NCBI RefSeq assembly: GCF_006345805.1
Contig: NC_043005.1
Span: 57,660,001-57,724,000, forward strand
Length of the DNA stretch: 64,000 bases
Reading direction: 5' to 3'
Source: Octopus sinensis
Taxonomy: Eukaryota
Under the pieces are notes generated by a model. That model was given only the letters and a program-made list of their open reading frames with translations. It ran no database searches and was not told the DNA's origin. Positions within the stretch are counted from its first letter, which is position 1. Every line of letters starts with the position of its first letter. This document shows positions 63,265 to 64,000 of the stretch, in pieces. Both the position numbers and the translations under genes were made by a program.

Positions 63265-64000
63265 CATGTATGTATGTATGTCATTATTCAGTTTATTTCA
63301 AGATTTCTTGCCAATAGAGAAAGAACCGGATTCTAACCTAGATCCAAGGCTCCTCCATTAGAATTTCAACATCAACAATAGGGTATTTTTCCTTGTATGT
63401 ATGTATGTATGTATGTATGTATGTATGTATGTATGTATGTATGTATGTATGTATGTATGTATGTATGTATGTATGAATGAATGTATGTATGTATGTATGT
63501 ATGTGAATGTATGAATGAATGTATGTATGTATGTATGTATGTATGTATGTATGTATGTATGTATGTATGTATGTATGTATGTGCAGATTTGTATGTTTTG
63601 TGTATCTATTCTCATGCATACAGTTGCATATCTAGACATGCTCATATATATCTAAATAATAAACTTCTGGAAAATTTTACAGATTTTTACAGTTCCAGTG
63701 ACGGATTGGATCTGTAGTCTTCGAATTAGCTTTCTCCTTTCTGGTTTTGAGAAGCCTAATTTCTCAAGATTGGTATTTAGGCAGTGTATTATATTTCCCA
63801 GTGCCGCAATAATTACAGGTATAAACCTGAACTTGTAATCTGGATAGAGTAACTGCAGATTTCTCAATAGCTCAGCATAGGTATTCTCTTTTTCGCTGAT
63901 CTTCAGCTTTATGTTAACATCCACTAAGCAGCTAATTTCCACAACTGTGCACAGTTTCTCTTCTCTCTTCCAAATCATTATATCAGGTCTGTTGTGATTA
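63265..64000 (-). mobile_element. RLE-LINE 3' region, (ATAC)n family (runs off the window)
   Basis: ORF 63652-63978 is homologous to 5651-6004; same 3' UTR with internal (ATAC)n and terminal ...aataatgacATAC. Confidence 0.88.

Overview
This is a eukaryotic, AT-rich, microsatellite-dense window with no host protein-coding gene, rRNA, true tRNA or CRISPR array that I can support. The repeat content resembles octopus (coleoid cephalopod) genomic DNA; that assignment is an inference from the SINE/LINE families. Almost all ORF-track entries are translated microsatellites or transposon fragments. Recognisable content: about five tRNA-headed SINE families (my labels A-E); LINE fragments (RTE with a PHD finger, Tx1/L1, CR1-like); a near-full-length R4/Dong-like RLE retrotransposon in (TAA)n; a second RLE family whose copies mostly sit in (ATAC)n; mariner, Tc1, hAT and Helitron relics; and a Penelope-type GIY-YIG C-terminus. 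The most notable signal is a set of small non-coding elements in (TA)n tracts that carry type I hammerhead-ribozyme motifs. Two of them (186-1289 and 61232-62122) have no extended similarity that I can see by eye, yet share one architecture (inverted arm + partial tandem), a minimal palindromic-stem-III hammerhead, an upstream AAGTTTGGCGCG motif and a GTGAGYTA motif at the inversion breakpoint. This points to a non-autonomous Penelope-like/retrozyme system. All alignments and folds were done by eye, so coordinates are approximate to a few bases.
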